NCBI GenBank assembly: GCA_035084275.1
Contig: CM068745.1
Coordinates: 41,726,001 to 41,790,000 of the forward strand
DNA length: 64,000 bases
Direction of reading: 5' to 3'
DNA from: Hydrolagus colliei
Taxonomy: Eukaryota
The notes beneath the pieces are model-generated. The model saw only the letters and a list, made by a program, of their open reading frames with translations. It was not told the DNA's origin and searched no databases. Within the stretch, counting starts at the first letter, position 1; each line of letters opens with the position of its first letter. The position numbers and the translations under genes are program-made. Positions 1-10,660 of this stretch are shown piece after piece.

Positions 1-78
1 ATTATTACCTTTGAAATGCTTAAAATGACCCTGAAGTCAATTAATGTGAGGAGTCGAAGTAATAATGAACGTACTTAC

Positions 79-156
79 TTGGCAGCAGTTTTTTCTTGAC
101 TTTCCGTATCACTATTGCAAGTATCACAGCTACAGCTCCAGCTCCAGCAATTGATA
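79..156 (-). CDS. Transmembrane exon: (V)SIAGAGAVAVILAIVIRKVKKKLLP
   Basis: 78-nt phase 1-1 exon with acceptor tttcaattcaaaacag and donor CCAA|GTAAGT. It encodes a hydrophobic run followed by the basic stop-transfer RKVKKK. Confidence 0.9.
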
Positions 157-541
157 CTGTTTTGAATTGAAATAGATGATACAGTACATAAGGACAGGAT
201 AGTGTAACACATTACATATAGGATAGAGTAATATATAATATACAGAGCAATGATAAAGTAATAGATAATGCAGAGGCAACTGATAATGCATAGATACAGT
301 ATACAATAATAATTAATGATTGTAAATTGTATCTACTGTTTTTATTATTTACTAAATATGGGTGGGGATTGGAGGCTGTATTCACAGTGATAATTAGCTA
401 AATGTGGTAAAAGAATATATCTGCAATTTACTTTTAACATCAGGTTTGGAAACCCCATTCCCCACTTCTAGGGAATGGTTTGAGCCTCTCAAAATGGTTC
501 TCTTATAATATTGTATTATACAGTTTTTTTTTCCATGTTAC

Positions 542-610
542 CAACAAAAATGAAGGTATTTGTGTTAGGCATTAGAGTAACATATTTTAATTTCATTTTC
601 AATCTCAATT
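542..610 (-). CDS. Possible additional 69-nt juxtamembrane exon: (E)LRLKMKLKYVTLMPNTNTFIFV
   Basis: Phase 1-1 open frame ending in hydrophobic residues, donor TTG|GTAACA. The acceptor AG has a competing out-of-frame AG 8 nt upstream. Confidence 0.3.
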
Positions 611-1124
611 CTAAGACACTGTAAGAAATGTAAGTGTTTTATAGCCTTTCAATGTAATACACTAATTATCACCACATGCTAATTGTGGTCAATGAAAATT
701 ATTACAGATAGAGTCTGCATTGAATTGTGTGATGACTGAATGATGACTTTGGGCAGAACAGCTTTCCATCCAACTTTCAGAGTATATTTTTTATAGTCAG
801 CTGGTCATCTGCTTTTAAGTTTTTAAATGCAACATCAAGATTTAAATTTTAAACTCTTCAATTGCTAAGGTTTTATGGTTTGAGAAATAAATGCAATGGA
901 AAGGATTTGAAGAGTTAACAGTTCAATTCTTCAGTGTATATGTAACATGATTACTTAATATTGGTGTAAAATTTGCAGCATTCGTTATTCAATGTTGATG
1001 TAAACTATCAGAGGACAGGACTCAATTCAAACTAAACAGTTTCTTCCATTTCAGAATCTAATTTCAGATCTTTTGTGTTGCATTATTTTCTAGATTATTT
1101 GATCTACCAATGATGTCTGAAATC

Positions 1125-1340
1125 TAATAATAATCCTTGCATTTTGATATAGCGCTTTTCACGTCTTCTAGGCGTGTTTAAAATATTATCACCTGATAAG
1201 TAGGTTATTAAATATTTCACGTGAAGATGATTTGACGTGTCTTTGTCATCATCTATTGATTAAAAGGAAAGTTAATAATCAAAGTGCTTCACAGAATATA
1301 CTGGTAAAGTTAATTGACTATATTTGTTGGTGAAATCTGA
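1125..1340 (-). mobile_element. 3' fragment of the tRNA-Thr/Deu SINE, split by the 109-bp exon insertion
   Basis: SINE tail aataataatccttgca...cacgtcttctaggcgt runs to 1175 and resumes at about 1279 as tcaaagtgcttcacagaatatactg. Confidence 0.85.
1193..1252 (-). CDS. 60-nt juxtamembrane mini-exon, copy A (identical to B, embedded in a SINE)
   Basis: 1174-1282 is identical to 1702-1810 and includes both splice sites. Usage in transcripts is not shown. Confidence 0.6.
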
Positions 1341-1720
1341 TAAAATTAACCTTTTAATGTTCTAATGGGCTTGGCTGGAAACCCTCAAGCCCTTTGATAG
1401 TTGGCTGAGAAGAATGTGGATTCTTGTTCAAAACTAAACATCTAACAAAAACATTAATTTGAAGCAGCACTCTGTTTCCTTAGCGTTGTGCTATAAAATG
1501 CACAGAAAAATCATTCACCATGGATTTTTTTTAAATGCGTGATAAGGAGGCAACTGCTTGTTTGAAGAGATGGGCTGCCACCTCACAGGTGCCACAAATT
1601 TTACCTTCTAAATCATAAGGGGTAGACGTTAAGATGCATGATATAAATACATCAGAGTTGGTACAAAATACTTAGTGAACATTTAAATAATTTTAAAAAT
1701 TGTGTTTAAAATATTATCAC

Positions 1721-1780
1721 CTGATAAGTAGGTTATTAAATATTTCACGTGAAGATGATTTGACGTGTCTTTGTCATCAT
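1721..1780 (-). CDS. 60-nt juxtamembrane mini-exon, copy B: (D)DDKDTSNHLHVKYLITYLS
   Basis: Acceptor tttccttttaatcaatag, donor TCAG|GTGATA, phase 1-1. Its flanks are homologous to those of copy C, 265 bp away. Confidence 0.78.
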
Positions 1781-1985
1781 CTATTGATTAAAAGGAAAGT
1801 TAATAATCAACTACTGATTAAGTTCTTTTGAAAGCATTCTTGGGCACTACCCCAGTTGAAGGGCTTTATATAAATGCAAATTGTTGTTCCTCTAGATGTT
1901 CAGATTTCTTATGTTGGATGATTACAAGTGACTTAGTGAACATTTAAATCAGATAAAATTTTAATTTTATTTAAAATATTATCAC

Positions 1986-2045
1986 CTGAGAGGTAGGTTA
2001 TTAAAGGTGTCATATGAAGATGCTTCGATGTGTTTTTGTCATCAT
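1986..2045 (-). CDS. 60-nt juxtamembrane mini-exon, copy C: (D)DDKNTSKHLHMTPLITYLS
   Basis: Acceptor tttcttttcaatcaatag, donor TCAG|GTGATA, phase 1-1, open frame. Diverged paralog of copies A and B. Confidence 0.75.
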
Positions 2046-3037
2046 CTATTGATTGAAAAGAAAGTTAACAATAAACTATTTTTTAATGTTGAGTAGATTC
2101 TTAAGCAATTAACAACAAGTGTCAACTTGGCACAATCAGTATAACTCTTATCTCTAGTTCAGAAGATTGTGGGTCAGGTGATCATATCAGGTGTGGATCT
2201 TATAATCTGGGTTGACAGTGCAGTGCTGGGGAAAAGCTGCATTGATGGAGATGCACTCTTGACATTCGCCAAACCAAATTCCAGTTTACCAACCCTCAGC
2301 TAGATGCTGGAGATAGAGTGACACTATTTTTCTTCTTGTATACAAGCTTACAATTCACCAGAAAAATTAACCATTCACTCCTTGATTGTTAGTGGACGTT
2401 GTAGTCTGTAAAATTGGCTGTTTTATTTGCCTACTAAAACATAGTACAGTACTTTACTTAAACCAGGAATTACTGTTCCATAGAACCACAGATATCTACA
2501 ACACAGATATACTACAGCACAGTAGGGGGGGATTCAACAATGTATTCGTATTAGTTCCTTTGATAAATTCATCTTCTAATCCCAATGGTCTGCTCTTGCA
2601 TCCTCGAATATCATTCCTGTTTATCTGCTAATTTAATTATTTTAGAAATCCAATGAATTCTGCTCCAACATCTATCCCTGGTAAAGTATTCCAGACTCTA
2701 ATAACCCACACAGAACATTTAACGATTCTATTCATAAACTAAAACATGTTTTTAATGTGGACATGTACCCATACATATGAGAACCCTATATTCTAGTTTT
2801 AATATTCATAAGAGTGGTTTGTGGTTTTGCATGTGATAAGTACTCAGGTGTCCAAAAAATACATAAATTATCTTTTTTGTGATTCAATATTCCCCAGAAA
2901 GTGAAGAAAAGTGCAAATAGTCAATTGTATTATTAAAGGACAACTCTACTATGAATTTAAATATTGTAAACTTACACTTCTTACAACTGTTTAGAATTCA
3001 TTTGAAATGTTTTTACAAATAATTATATATTTTTTAC

Positions 3038-3376
3038 CTTGGATATCCAAATAGAATTTCTGCACTATTTTTCCTTCTGGAAAAGTGTGAACTTGGCAGG
3101 AATACCAGCCTCTGTCAGATTCTTGAGCTTCTTTAATAATAATGGTGACACTGTTATTGGTGACTTCCAGTGCTGCTCTTGACTTGTACGAAGAAGCAAG
3201 TGATTTGTTAAGTGATGGACTGTAGATTGCAATCATTGTGTTGTCATCGTCCTTATTCACTTGAAATTGTACTGGTGTGTTGGAAGCTTTAGCAGGAACT
3301 TCACATTTCAAGGCAGCTTCATAACCTTTCACTACTGTTACATTTATAACACCTGCAATCTGCTGTGTTTCAAAGC
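3038..3376 (-). CDS. IgV-set exon of a nectin/PVR-family receptor (TIGIT/CD226/CD96/CD200-like)
   Basis: 339-nt phase 1-1 exon with acceptor ttttctttcctttcaatatag and donor CAAG|GTAAAA. It encodes the B-strand Cys (LKCEV), the D-x-G-W-Y-S-C motif, the TFPEG motif and AIYSPSL (compare CD226 AIFSPTHG). The exact ortholog cannot be assigned without a search. Confidence 0.93.
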
Positions 3377-3619
3377 CTATATTGAAAGGAAAGAAAATGC
3401 AATTACCACAAAGAATCATATCAATGCTTCTTTATTAATCCTGGCTCAATTTGTAACACTAATCTATGTCACAATTCAAAAATAGAAGGGAGTTCCTTGG
3501 TTTGCCTGGCCAATAATCTCCCAAATAAAGTTCCTCACTCACTCCATAGCTGTTTCTGGGACAACTTGGCTGCTGTGTTTGCCTACAAAATACACACAGT
3601 CACACAAATTTACAGGATA

Positions 3620-3769
3620 TTCTGTAGACATTTATTTGGGGAGGACGGCTTTGTGCGGTTATGGGGAGAGAGCTGTGGGTGGGATTGAATTGCTCTTTTC
3701 AGAGAGCCGGCACAGACTCGATGGGCCAAATGGCCTCCTTTTGTGCCGTAAGATTCTATGATTCTATGA
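3620..3769 (+). mobile_element. CR1 3' UTR fragment; others near 13715-13803 (+), 14140-14281 (+), 21740-21845 (+), 22200-22410 (+), 50417-50560 (-), 57500-57570 (+)
   Basis: gagccggcacagac..gatgggcc.aatggcctcct..tgtgccgtaa.attctatgattctatg. Confidence 0.85.
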
Positions 3770-5264
3770 GGTGTATTGACAAAATGGTATGGTATTATAT
3801 CACTTGCACAAATTATTATACTATTGTTATTGATTTGAATTAAGGCTCTTTAGCCCAATTGATCTCTACTGTCCTCCTATTACAATATTAAACTACTTTT
3901 CAATTGAGTCCTGACTTCAAACACCTGTCTTAGCAACCCATTTCCAGTTATTAATTAAACATAAAGAAAAACATCCTGGTATCAATCTTGAAATTGCCTT
4001 TTGTAACTCTAAACCTATGTCCTATTTTACTTCTATCTTGATACATTCTAAAGTATTATCTTGGGTTCATTTTCTCAATCCTTTTTAATATATATATATG
4101 CATATATATATCTATAAGTTGAGTCATTTTCTTTCAAGGCTGAGGAACTCTAGCTATCTAATCATTGATCATACCTCATTCACCTCAAACCTCTTCCTTG
4201 CCCCTCCTTCTCCCTCTTCAGATCACACCTGAAAACCTTCTACTTGAACCTTGCCTATGGTCACCTCTCCTCTCCTGCTGGTTCAGGTTTGAGCTCCGCT
4301 ATTGTTAAGCGCTCTGGTATAAGACCCTCACTGCTGGGCACTATATAAATACAAGTTGTTGTTGTTCTTGCTGGCTCACATCATTTTGGCTTAGTAAGCG
4401 ACGAGTTAACTAATACCCTGAGATCTCTTGGTCGCTCTTGGCAAGTTCTATCCTATCCAAAGAGAATTTATACTTCCTTAAAATAGTCTATGATATAGGT
4501 CAGACAATACCTAAGCTTTATGAGCTCATGTCATCTGTCACAGACGCTGAATAAAGAAATTGTAATAGTGTCTCTAAATTAGCTCAATTATGTATAAAGT
4601 CAAATATTGTATTTCTGCTCCACTGTTTAAAATGTTTATGTTGCACCCTTGTACTTGCAGCAACCAAGTCAGCATCTGAGGCACTGGAGTTATTATTGGT
4701 GCAAAAAGGTGTTTCTTTGCATTTTCCGAATGTGCATAAACTTCTTCGCTACAGTAAACAATTTAGCAATGACTGTAAAGATTTGTTACATATTTTCCAA
4801 CTGCAGCTTTCAATAAACATCAGTTTCTGGTTTCAAAAGAGAAGTGAAGTGATACTTTACAGAGAGAAAAGGCTTTTTTAGCGATTTAGTTACAGTAGCA
4901 GTGAGGAGGAGGGTCTGTGCAATCCTTTGACTTGTGTTGAGCCTTCAATAATGTATGGATACAACAGGAAAGGGGCAGATTCATATCTAAATTGCTTCTA
5001 CACATCAGTTGGCATTATCATAGAAGTGTCTCTTTACCATAGAAGTGAGATCATGTTACTTTTACTCATTTCAAGAACTGTACTAATTAAATTATCAAAA
5101 CTGCATTTATTTTGCTCATCACATGTCGGACTTATGGGGAAGCCCATCATGATGATTAATCGTCTCCAGACCACACTGCTGACAATTCCACATATGTACA
5201 GTTTCCATTGGACTGGCATATTGCATACTCTCTCGTTCTTGCTTCTTTTGAAGATAATGTGTCT

Positions 5265-5586
5265 ATAATAATAATCCTTGCATGTGATATAGCGCTTTTC
5301 ACGTCTTCTAGACATCTCAAAGCACTTCACAGAATATACTGTAAAGTGAATTGACTGTATACTTGTGGGCGAAACGTGGCAGCCAATTGCGCACAGCAGT
5401 GTCCCACAACAGTCATGAATTGAAATAACCAATTTTATTATTGTTTTCTTTTGGAGGGATTATTATTAGGCATGTGGAGTAAAGAAACTTGCCCAAGGTT
5501 TCACTCTGACCTGCCTGGATTCGAACACATATTCGAATATATGTGTTGTAAGGCGAGTGCTCTAACCACTGAGCTACAGGACTCCA
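5265..5586 (-). mobile_element. tRNA-Thr(TGT)-headed Deu-domain SINE with L2-like tail
   Basis: Head TAGCTCAGTGGTTAGAGCACTCGCCTTAC..GTTCGAATCC, Deu-like core (c/t)GACTGTT..GGGACACTGCTGTGCGCAATTGGCTGCC, tail GTGAAAAGCGCTATATCA..TGCAAGG(ATT)n. Confidence 0.9.
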
Positions 5587-5687
5587 CAACCGAGTTAAGA
5601 CAATGTATTTACAGTATTTACGGACTCCTGTATTTAAGTACGGTAGTGCATTGGCTAAATTCTGACTTCTCTGAATGCTTCATTACT

Positions 5688-5980
5688 ACTAATAATAATC
5701 CTTGCATTTTGATATAGTGCTTTTTCACGTCTTCTAAACATCTCAAAGTGCTTTACAGAATATATTGTAAAGTGAATTGACTGTAAATTGCGCACAGCAG
5801 TGTCTCATAAACAGTCGTGGATTGAAATGACCAATTTTTTTAAAAAAATTTGGAAGGATTATTATTAGGTGTGTGGAGTAAGGAAACTTGCCCAAGGTTT
5901 TGCCCTGACCTGCTTGTATTCGAAACACAGGTCTCATGTTTGTAAGACGAGTGCTCTAACCACTGAGCTATAGAACTCCA
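5688..5980 (-). mobile_element. Same SINE family
   Basis: Head, core and tail present; small core deletion. Confidence 0.9.
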
Positions 5981-6290
5981 CTAATAGACTAAAATCTAGA
6001 CGCTAGGTGGAATTTTACTCCTAAAATAGCAAATACAATCCACGGAATTTTAAAACAACATTAAGGGAAAAAGCTTCTACACTCTTTACAAAACAGTTGG
6101 TGGACGTTCAAGAGCTTTCAGAGATGTGAAAAACTTGTGTACATTTTTTTTATCAAGAATGAAATATCTATTTCAGAATAAAATGTTCAAAACAAAGCAA
6201 TATTAATTCTACAAGTTATTATTTCATTCTGCAAAATGCCATTTTGATTTAAGTATTTGTCTTATAGAGTAATAGGAATCGTATACTTAC

Positions 6291-6348
6291 CAAGTCCAAA
6301 AAGAACATAAATATGAATGATCTTTAACATCTTAGGCATGGACACCAT
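6291..6348 (-). CDS. Leader (signal peptide) exon of IgV receptor gene: MVSMPKMLKIIHIYVLFGL(G)
   Basis: ATG at 6348, 19 codons plus 1 nt, then the consensus donor TTG|GTAAGT. Phase 1 matches the V-exon acceptor, and the hydrophobic core is typical of a leader. Confidence 0.85.
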
Positions 6349-6389
6349 ACAAAATCCTCTATTAAATCTGTTTTAATGAAAATGTGGGC

Positions 6390-6480
6390 GCCAACAATCA
6401 GATAAGCTGTGATATAGGCAACAGGAACTTGCTAGTGCAGTCAAAGCAAAACTATGATTTGACCGAGTTAGGGAAGTGGA
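6390..6480 (-). promoter_or_regulatory. Putative TATA-less proximal promoter of the IgV gene
   Basis: AGATAA (6400-6405), CAGGAA (6422-6427) and GGAAGT (6472-6477), i.e. GATA/ETS-like words, lie within 130 bp upstream of the ATG. Motif matches only. Confidence 0.3.
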
Positions 6481-6625
6481 TAACGCTGTGTGCAATACCT
6501 TCACGTCTTTATTACCGTACTGTAGATAGTTTTCTCGAGAAGTGTATGTGGGTGCAGACATTGTGAGACTATCTGTGGCTGATTAACGTAAGCAACAATG
6601 ATAATTTGGGCAACTTGAGGAACTG

Positions 6626-7027
6626 GTGGAATCTGTAGCTCAGTGGTTAGAGCACTTGCCTTGCAAGCGATAAAACCTCATTTTGTTCTTGTTCTTGTTT
6701 TGTTGTTGTTGATGTTCATTGATTCCTGGGCAGGGCAAAACGTTTGGCAAGTTTCCCAACTCCACACAGTTCTGTTCACCTAACGGTGAGGAGGAACCTG
6801 GTAGTTAGTCGATTGGTGGATCGCTTTTCCAGCTGTAATAATCCCTTTAAAAAACATAATCTGGTCACTCAATCCACGACTGTTTGTAGGACACAGCTGT
6901 GCACAATTGGCCACACAATTGGCCCACAGAATATACAGTCAACTCACTTTACAGTAGCTTCTGTGAAGCACTTTGAGATGTCTCAAAGATGTCATAAGGT
7001 CCTAAATGAAATGCAAGGATTATTATT
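6626..7027 (+). mobile_element. Same SINE family, long variant with extra ~65-bp internal segment
   Basis: Head at 6626, extra segment 6770-6834, tail at 7027. Confidence 0.85.
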
Positions 7028-7069
7028 CTAGGTGTGTTGTGTGAGTCGGAGGCCCACTTGATTGGCTCA

Positions 7070-7810
7070 CTCGTGACTTGGTAGCTCAGGCACTGGCAGC
7101 ATCAACTTCCATGGATGCATATTCAACCTCACCAAGCCAGTCAGGAACATAGGTGTCTTGTTCAATCCTCAACTGTCTTTTCTCCCACACATCCATGCCA
7201 TGACATGCTCGGCCTTCCCTCATCTCCACAACATTACCTTACTCTGCCACTATCTCACTCCTCAGGCTGCTGAAACTCTCATTCATGTCTTTATTATGTC
7301 TAGGGTTACATCAATATGCCAACATCCTGCTTGTTGGCCTCCCCAATTCCTCTCTTCATGGTCTGCAGATCATCTAGAACTCTTCAGTCTGTGTCCTCTC
7401 CTGCACCATGCTCCGCAATCCTATCACCATCTCCACTGGAAGATTCAACTCAGAAGATTCAATTAAAAATCCTGGTCCTCCACCTTTAAAACCCTCCATG
7501 GCATAGCCACACTTACTCCTGCAACGTCCTCACCCACCCTACCAACTTGTCCTCTCCCTCTGCTCAGCGGGCTCCAGCCTGCTCCATGTCCCCCAACCCA
7601 CCTGCACCACTATCACAAGCATTCAGCCACTCGGCCCCCAATCTCTGGCATTCCATCCTGTAATCCCTCCACCTCACCCCCTCCCTAACCTCCTTTAAGT
7701 CCCGTCACGATCCTCCTCTTTGACCATGTCATCGGTCATACCCCTGGCCCGCCCTTCCCTTCAACCTCCCTGATCCCGACCCCAGCTCAGATCTGAAACA
7801 CTGACTGTCC
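7070..7810 (+). mobile_element. L2 3' fragment
   Basis: LSFLPHI..FPHLHNI..LTPQAAETLIHVF, then the 3' UTR. Confidence 0.85.
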
Positions 7811-9869
7811 AGGATCTTGAGGTGGACTGGGTGGGGGAGGGGTACAAGGTGGAGGAGGAGAATAAAGTTCCTCCTGGTGTTCTGGCCAATAATCCCCAAA
7901 TAAAATTGATCATTCACTTCCTGACTGCGTGTGGGATGGGGATCTGCAAAAAATGTAGTCACTAACCTTTACAGTATATCTTGTGAAGCACTTTAAGGCA
8001 TCCTCCCGATATGAAAGGCAATAAGTCGAATATAAGGACTAACATTATCAATACGAAAGCTGATTAAATAGCTTTAACGAAGAGTTGATTGAGAAGATAT
8101 GACAGATTCAAAGAGTACATTCTTGTCATTGCTGTCCTCCCCACAGATTAGCAAAACACTACCCTGCCCCAAACCATCTACTTTACCACACTTACAGTAC
8201 ATTCATTGTGAAATTGCATTCTTAATTTACCTGAACCCTCCAACTAAAAAGTTAAGTGTTATCACCTGAGACAAGCTGTTAATGAGATATGTGACAATTT
8301 AGTGGATGTCAGGAAGAATAAATTATGCTTCAACTGTAAAGGATTAAAGATTGTTATCAGGAAGAAACACTGCCTGGATATTTTATTGTCAACTGCCGGT
8401 TAGTTTTCATCTGCCCAGTAGTGATCTACAGCAGTTGCAATATGCTAGGTAGAAACTACAATGTTTATTAACCACAGTTTCCTGTTTTCTGAGGTACTTA
8501 CCGGTTATCTCATCAACCTCATAATTCAGTGCTTAGAGAAGTTATAGAGAAGTATAGTATATGACATGAATGCAGTTGTTTTTGTTGAAATTACAGCAAG
8601 TATAAATTATGCCGTATCTGTTGAAACATGTTTGGGAATAATGGTAGCAACATTTAGATGAAAGTAACAAACAGGCAAGTGCAAACAAGAATAAAATAAA
8701 TATAAAATAAGATATCATCCATATTACTGACTGAATTAATATTGTGTATCATTTACAATGCTTGTTCATTATGAATCGTGTTTATTATAAAATGGAAATA
8801 ACAATAACTTTTTTCAAAATGTTAATGTAAGCAATCAGAGCTTCATTAATAATGTCAAAATTATATGGAACTGATTTAATGGTACATTTTTTGAAGTACT
8901 GTCAAAATAAAGGCTTGGAAATAGAACAAAGGCTGTTGAATCTTTGCTGAAATACAGAATGATCCATGACTGACACTGAAGTGGCACTTGTGTGTTCAGT
9001 AAGTAATTTTACTTTTTGGTTGCTAGTGGAGATTCAGAAAATGAATGAATATAGATAGATTCTGCCAAGCAACGTAAAGCAATCTGATATTCATAACACT
9101 GAGGCTTGAAGCAATGACATTCAGTCAGACTTTCTTGCCTGAAAATGCTATTTGCAGCCACAGATATCAGGGTGAAATTTGCAATTGGATGTGCAAAAAA
9201 CAGAACTTGCATTTAATGCACCAAATACAGTTTGTAAATTTAGCATTTTGAACTTTTTGTGGGGACAGTGGATTAAAATACAGTAGCCTTAATTTTTTCT
9301 GCCCATATTCAGCCACTACTTCCTGAAACTCAGGAGTACTATTCCTCTATCCCTCCCACTTGCCCCTGTCTTCAGATCATGCCTGGATTCAACCCCTTCG
9401 CTATATAAATGCAAGATGTTGTTGTTGAAGACCTTCCTCTTAGACTGTGCCTTCTGCTGGAAGAAGTATTGTTGTCACCTTACTTCTGTTGGGTTCTTTG
9501 ATAAATCATTCTCACTCTTCAATCATCATGAGACTGAATGGTACTATGTCACTTGTTTTTAATAAGCACGTGCAAGAAACTCTTAGTAGCGATTGAACAG
9601 TTGAAGACACCCTGTTGTAAACAGATCATATCCTTATAGACAGTTTTATAACAGGTTATTCCATGGTGGAAAGACAGTGATCTCATTGTTATATCTAGCT
9701 CGGTTATGTCACAATTAACGATTTTATTGAAGGTCAGCAGTTAGCCACAAAAGCTTTAATGACAATCAATTACTAATCTATTCTCAAGTTGTGTAATTGC
9801 ACGTAATTTGCAGATATATTGGCAGTCCCCTATAATTTCCCCAAATGTCCAAAATGAACATCCAATCTG

Positions 9870-10110
9870 AGGCAGGTCAAGGAAGACAAAGGATAAAAAG
9901 TGGTAGATGACAGGCGATGATGGGTTAAAGAGGTGTTAATCGTGCAAAATGTTTGCTCTGTCTCCCCCTCCTCTCCGTTAGTCCTTAAACACCTCTCCTT
10001 CCCAGCATGTCACAGTTCTTTCTCCATAGATGCTGCTTGACCTGCTGAATGTTCCCAGCAATTTCTGTTTTTGTTTCAGATTTCCAGCATCTGCAGTATT
10101 TTGTGTTTTG
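9870..10110 (+). mobile_element. Probable Penelope-like pLTR relic
   Basis: ttctttctccatagatgctgcttgacctgctga..ccagcaatttctgtttttgtttcagatttccagcatctgcag resembles a chondrichthyan PLE-associated repeat (recalled, not searched). The hammerhead core is absent. Confidence 0.5.
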
Positions 10111-10269
10111 TCTCAGAAGAAGAGCTGCCTTACAAGAAATAGTTAGATATTGACATTGTCAATAAGACATTGTTGCTGGAGCATGACTTAGTTTATTAAT
10201 GCAGTTTGGAAGTGTAAACATGGGTGTCTTCTTAACCTTATAAGCCAAATAAGGTTGTAGAATCCAAAT

Positions 10270-10660
10270 TCACCTTCAAAGCCCTCCATGGTCTTGTTCT
10301 CCACCACCTCTCCAACTTCCTAACCTATATCAGCCTGTCCACACCCTCTGCTCGGCAAATACCAGCCTGATTCATGTCCCCCACACTTCCTAACGTAACA
10401 TTGGTGGTTGGGCATTCACCATCTCTGCTCCGCACTTTGGAAATCTATCCCACAATCCCTCCACCTCATTCCCTTTCTTGCCTCCTTCAAGTCCAGTCTG
10501 AAGACCTTCCTCTTCGACCATGTCTTGGCCACCCTTTCACCCCCACCCATGCTGCCCTCCTCCCCTTCTGACCCCAACTCACAGCTTGGGTCTAAAGTCC
10601 CCTGACTGTCCAGCACCCCAGAATGTCTTACCAATGTGAAGGGCGCGATATACATATAAT
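10270..10660 (+). mobile_element. L2 3' fragment
   Basis: ttcaaagccctccatgg...gaccttcctcttcgacc...gtgaagggcgcgatata. Confidence 0.8.

Noticed and set aside
2638-2678. Phase-1 acceptor giving GIDVGAEFIGFLK-stop, a possible soluble isoform
   Set aside because: Weak acceptor, no obvious terminal-exon signals and no independent support.
8492-8617. AG/GTAAGT-bounded segment with FILAVI, resembling a TM pseudo-exon
   Set aside because: Stops in all frames, and the similarity is limited to a few codons.
9009-9212. ORF with ANFTLI..QES..C, possibly an Ig or FN3 relic
   Set aside because: Needs several indels to align, and no canonical motif is complete.
9990-10030. Hammerhead ribozyme expected in the Penelope-like relic
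   Set aside because: The CTGATGA and GAAAC core nucleotides are absent at the expected position.
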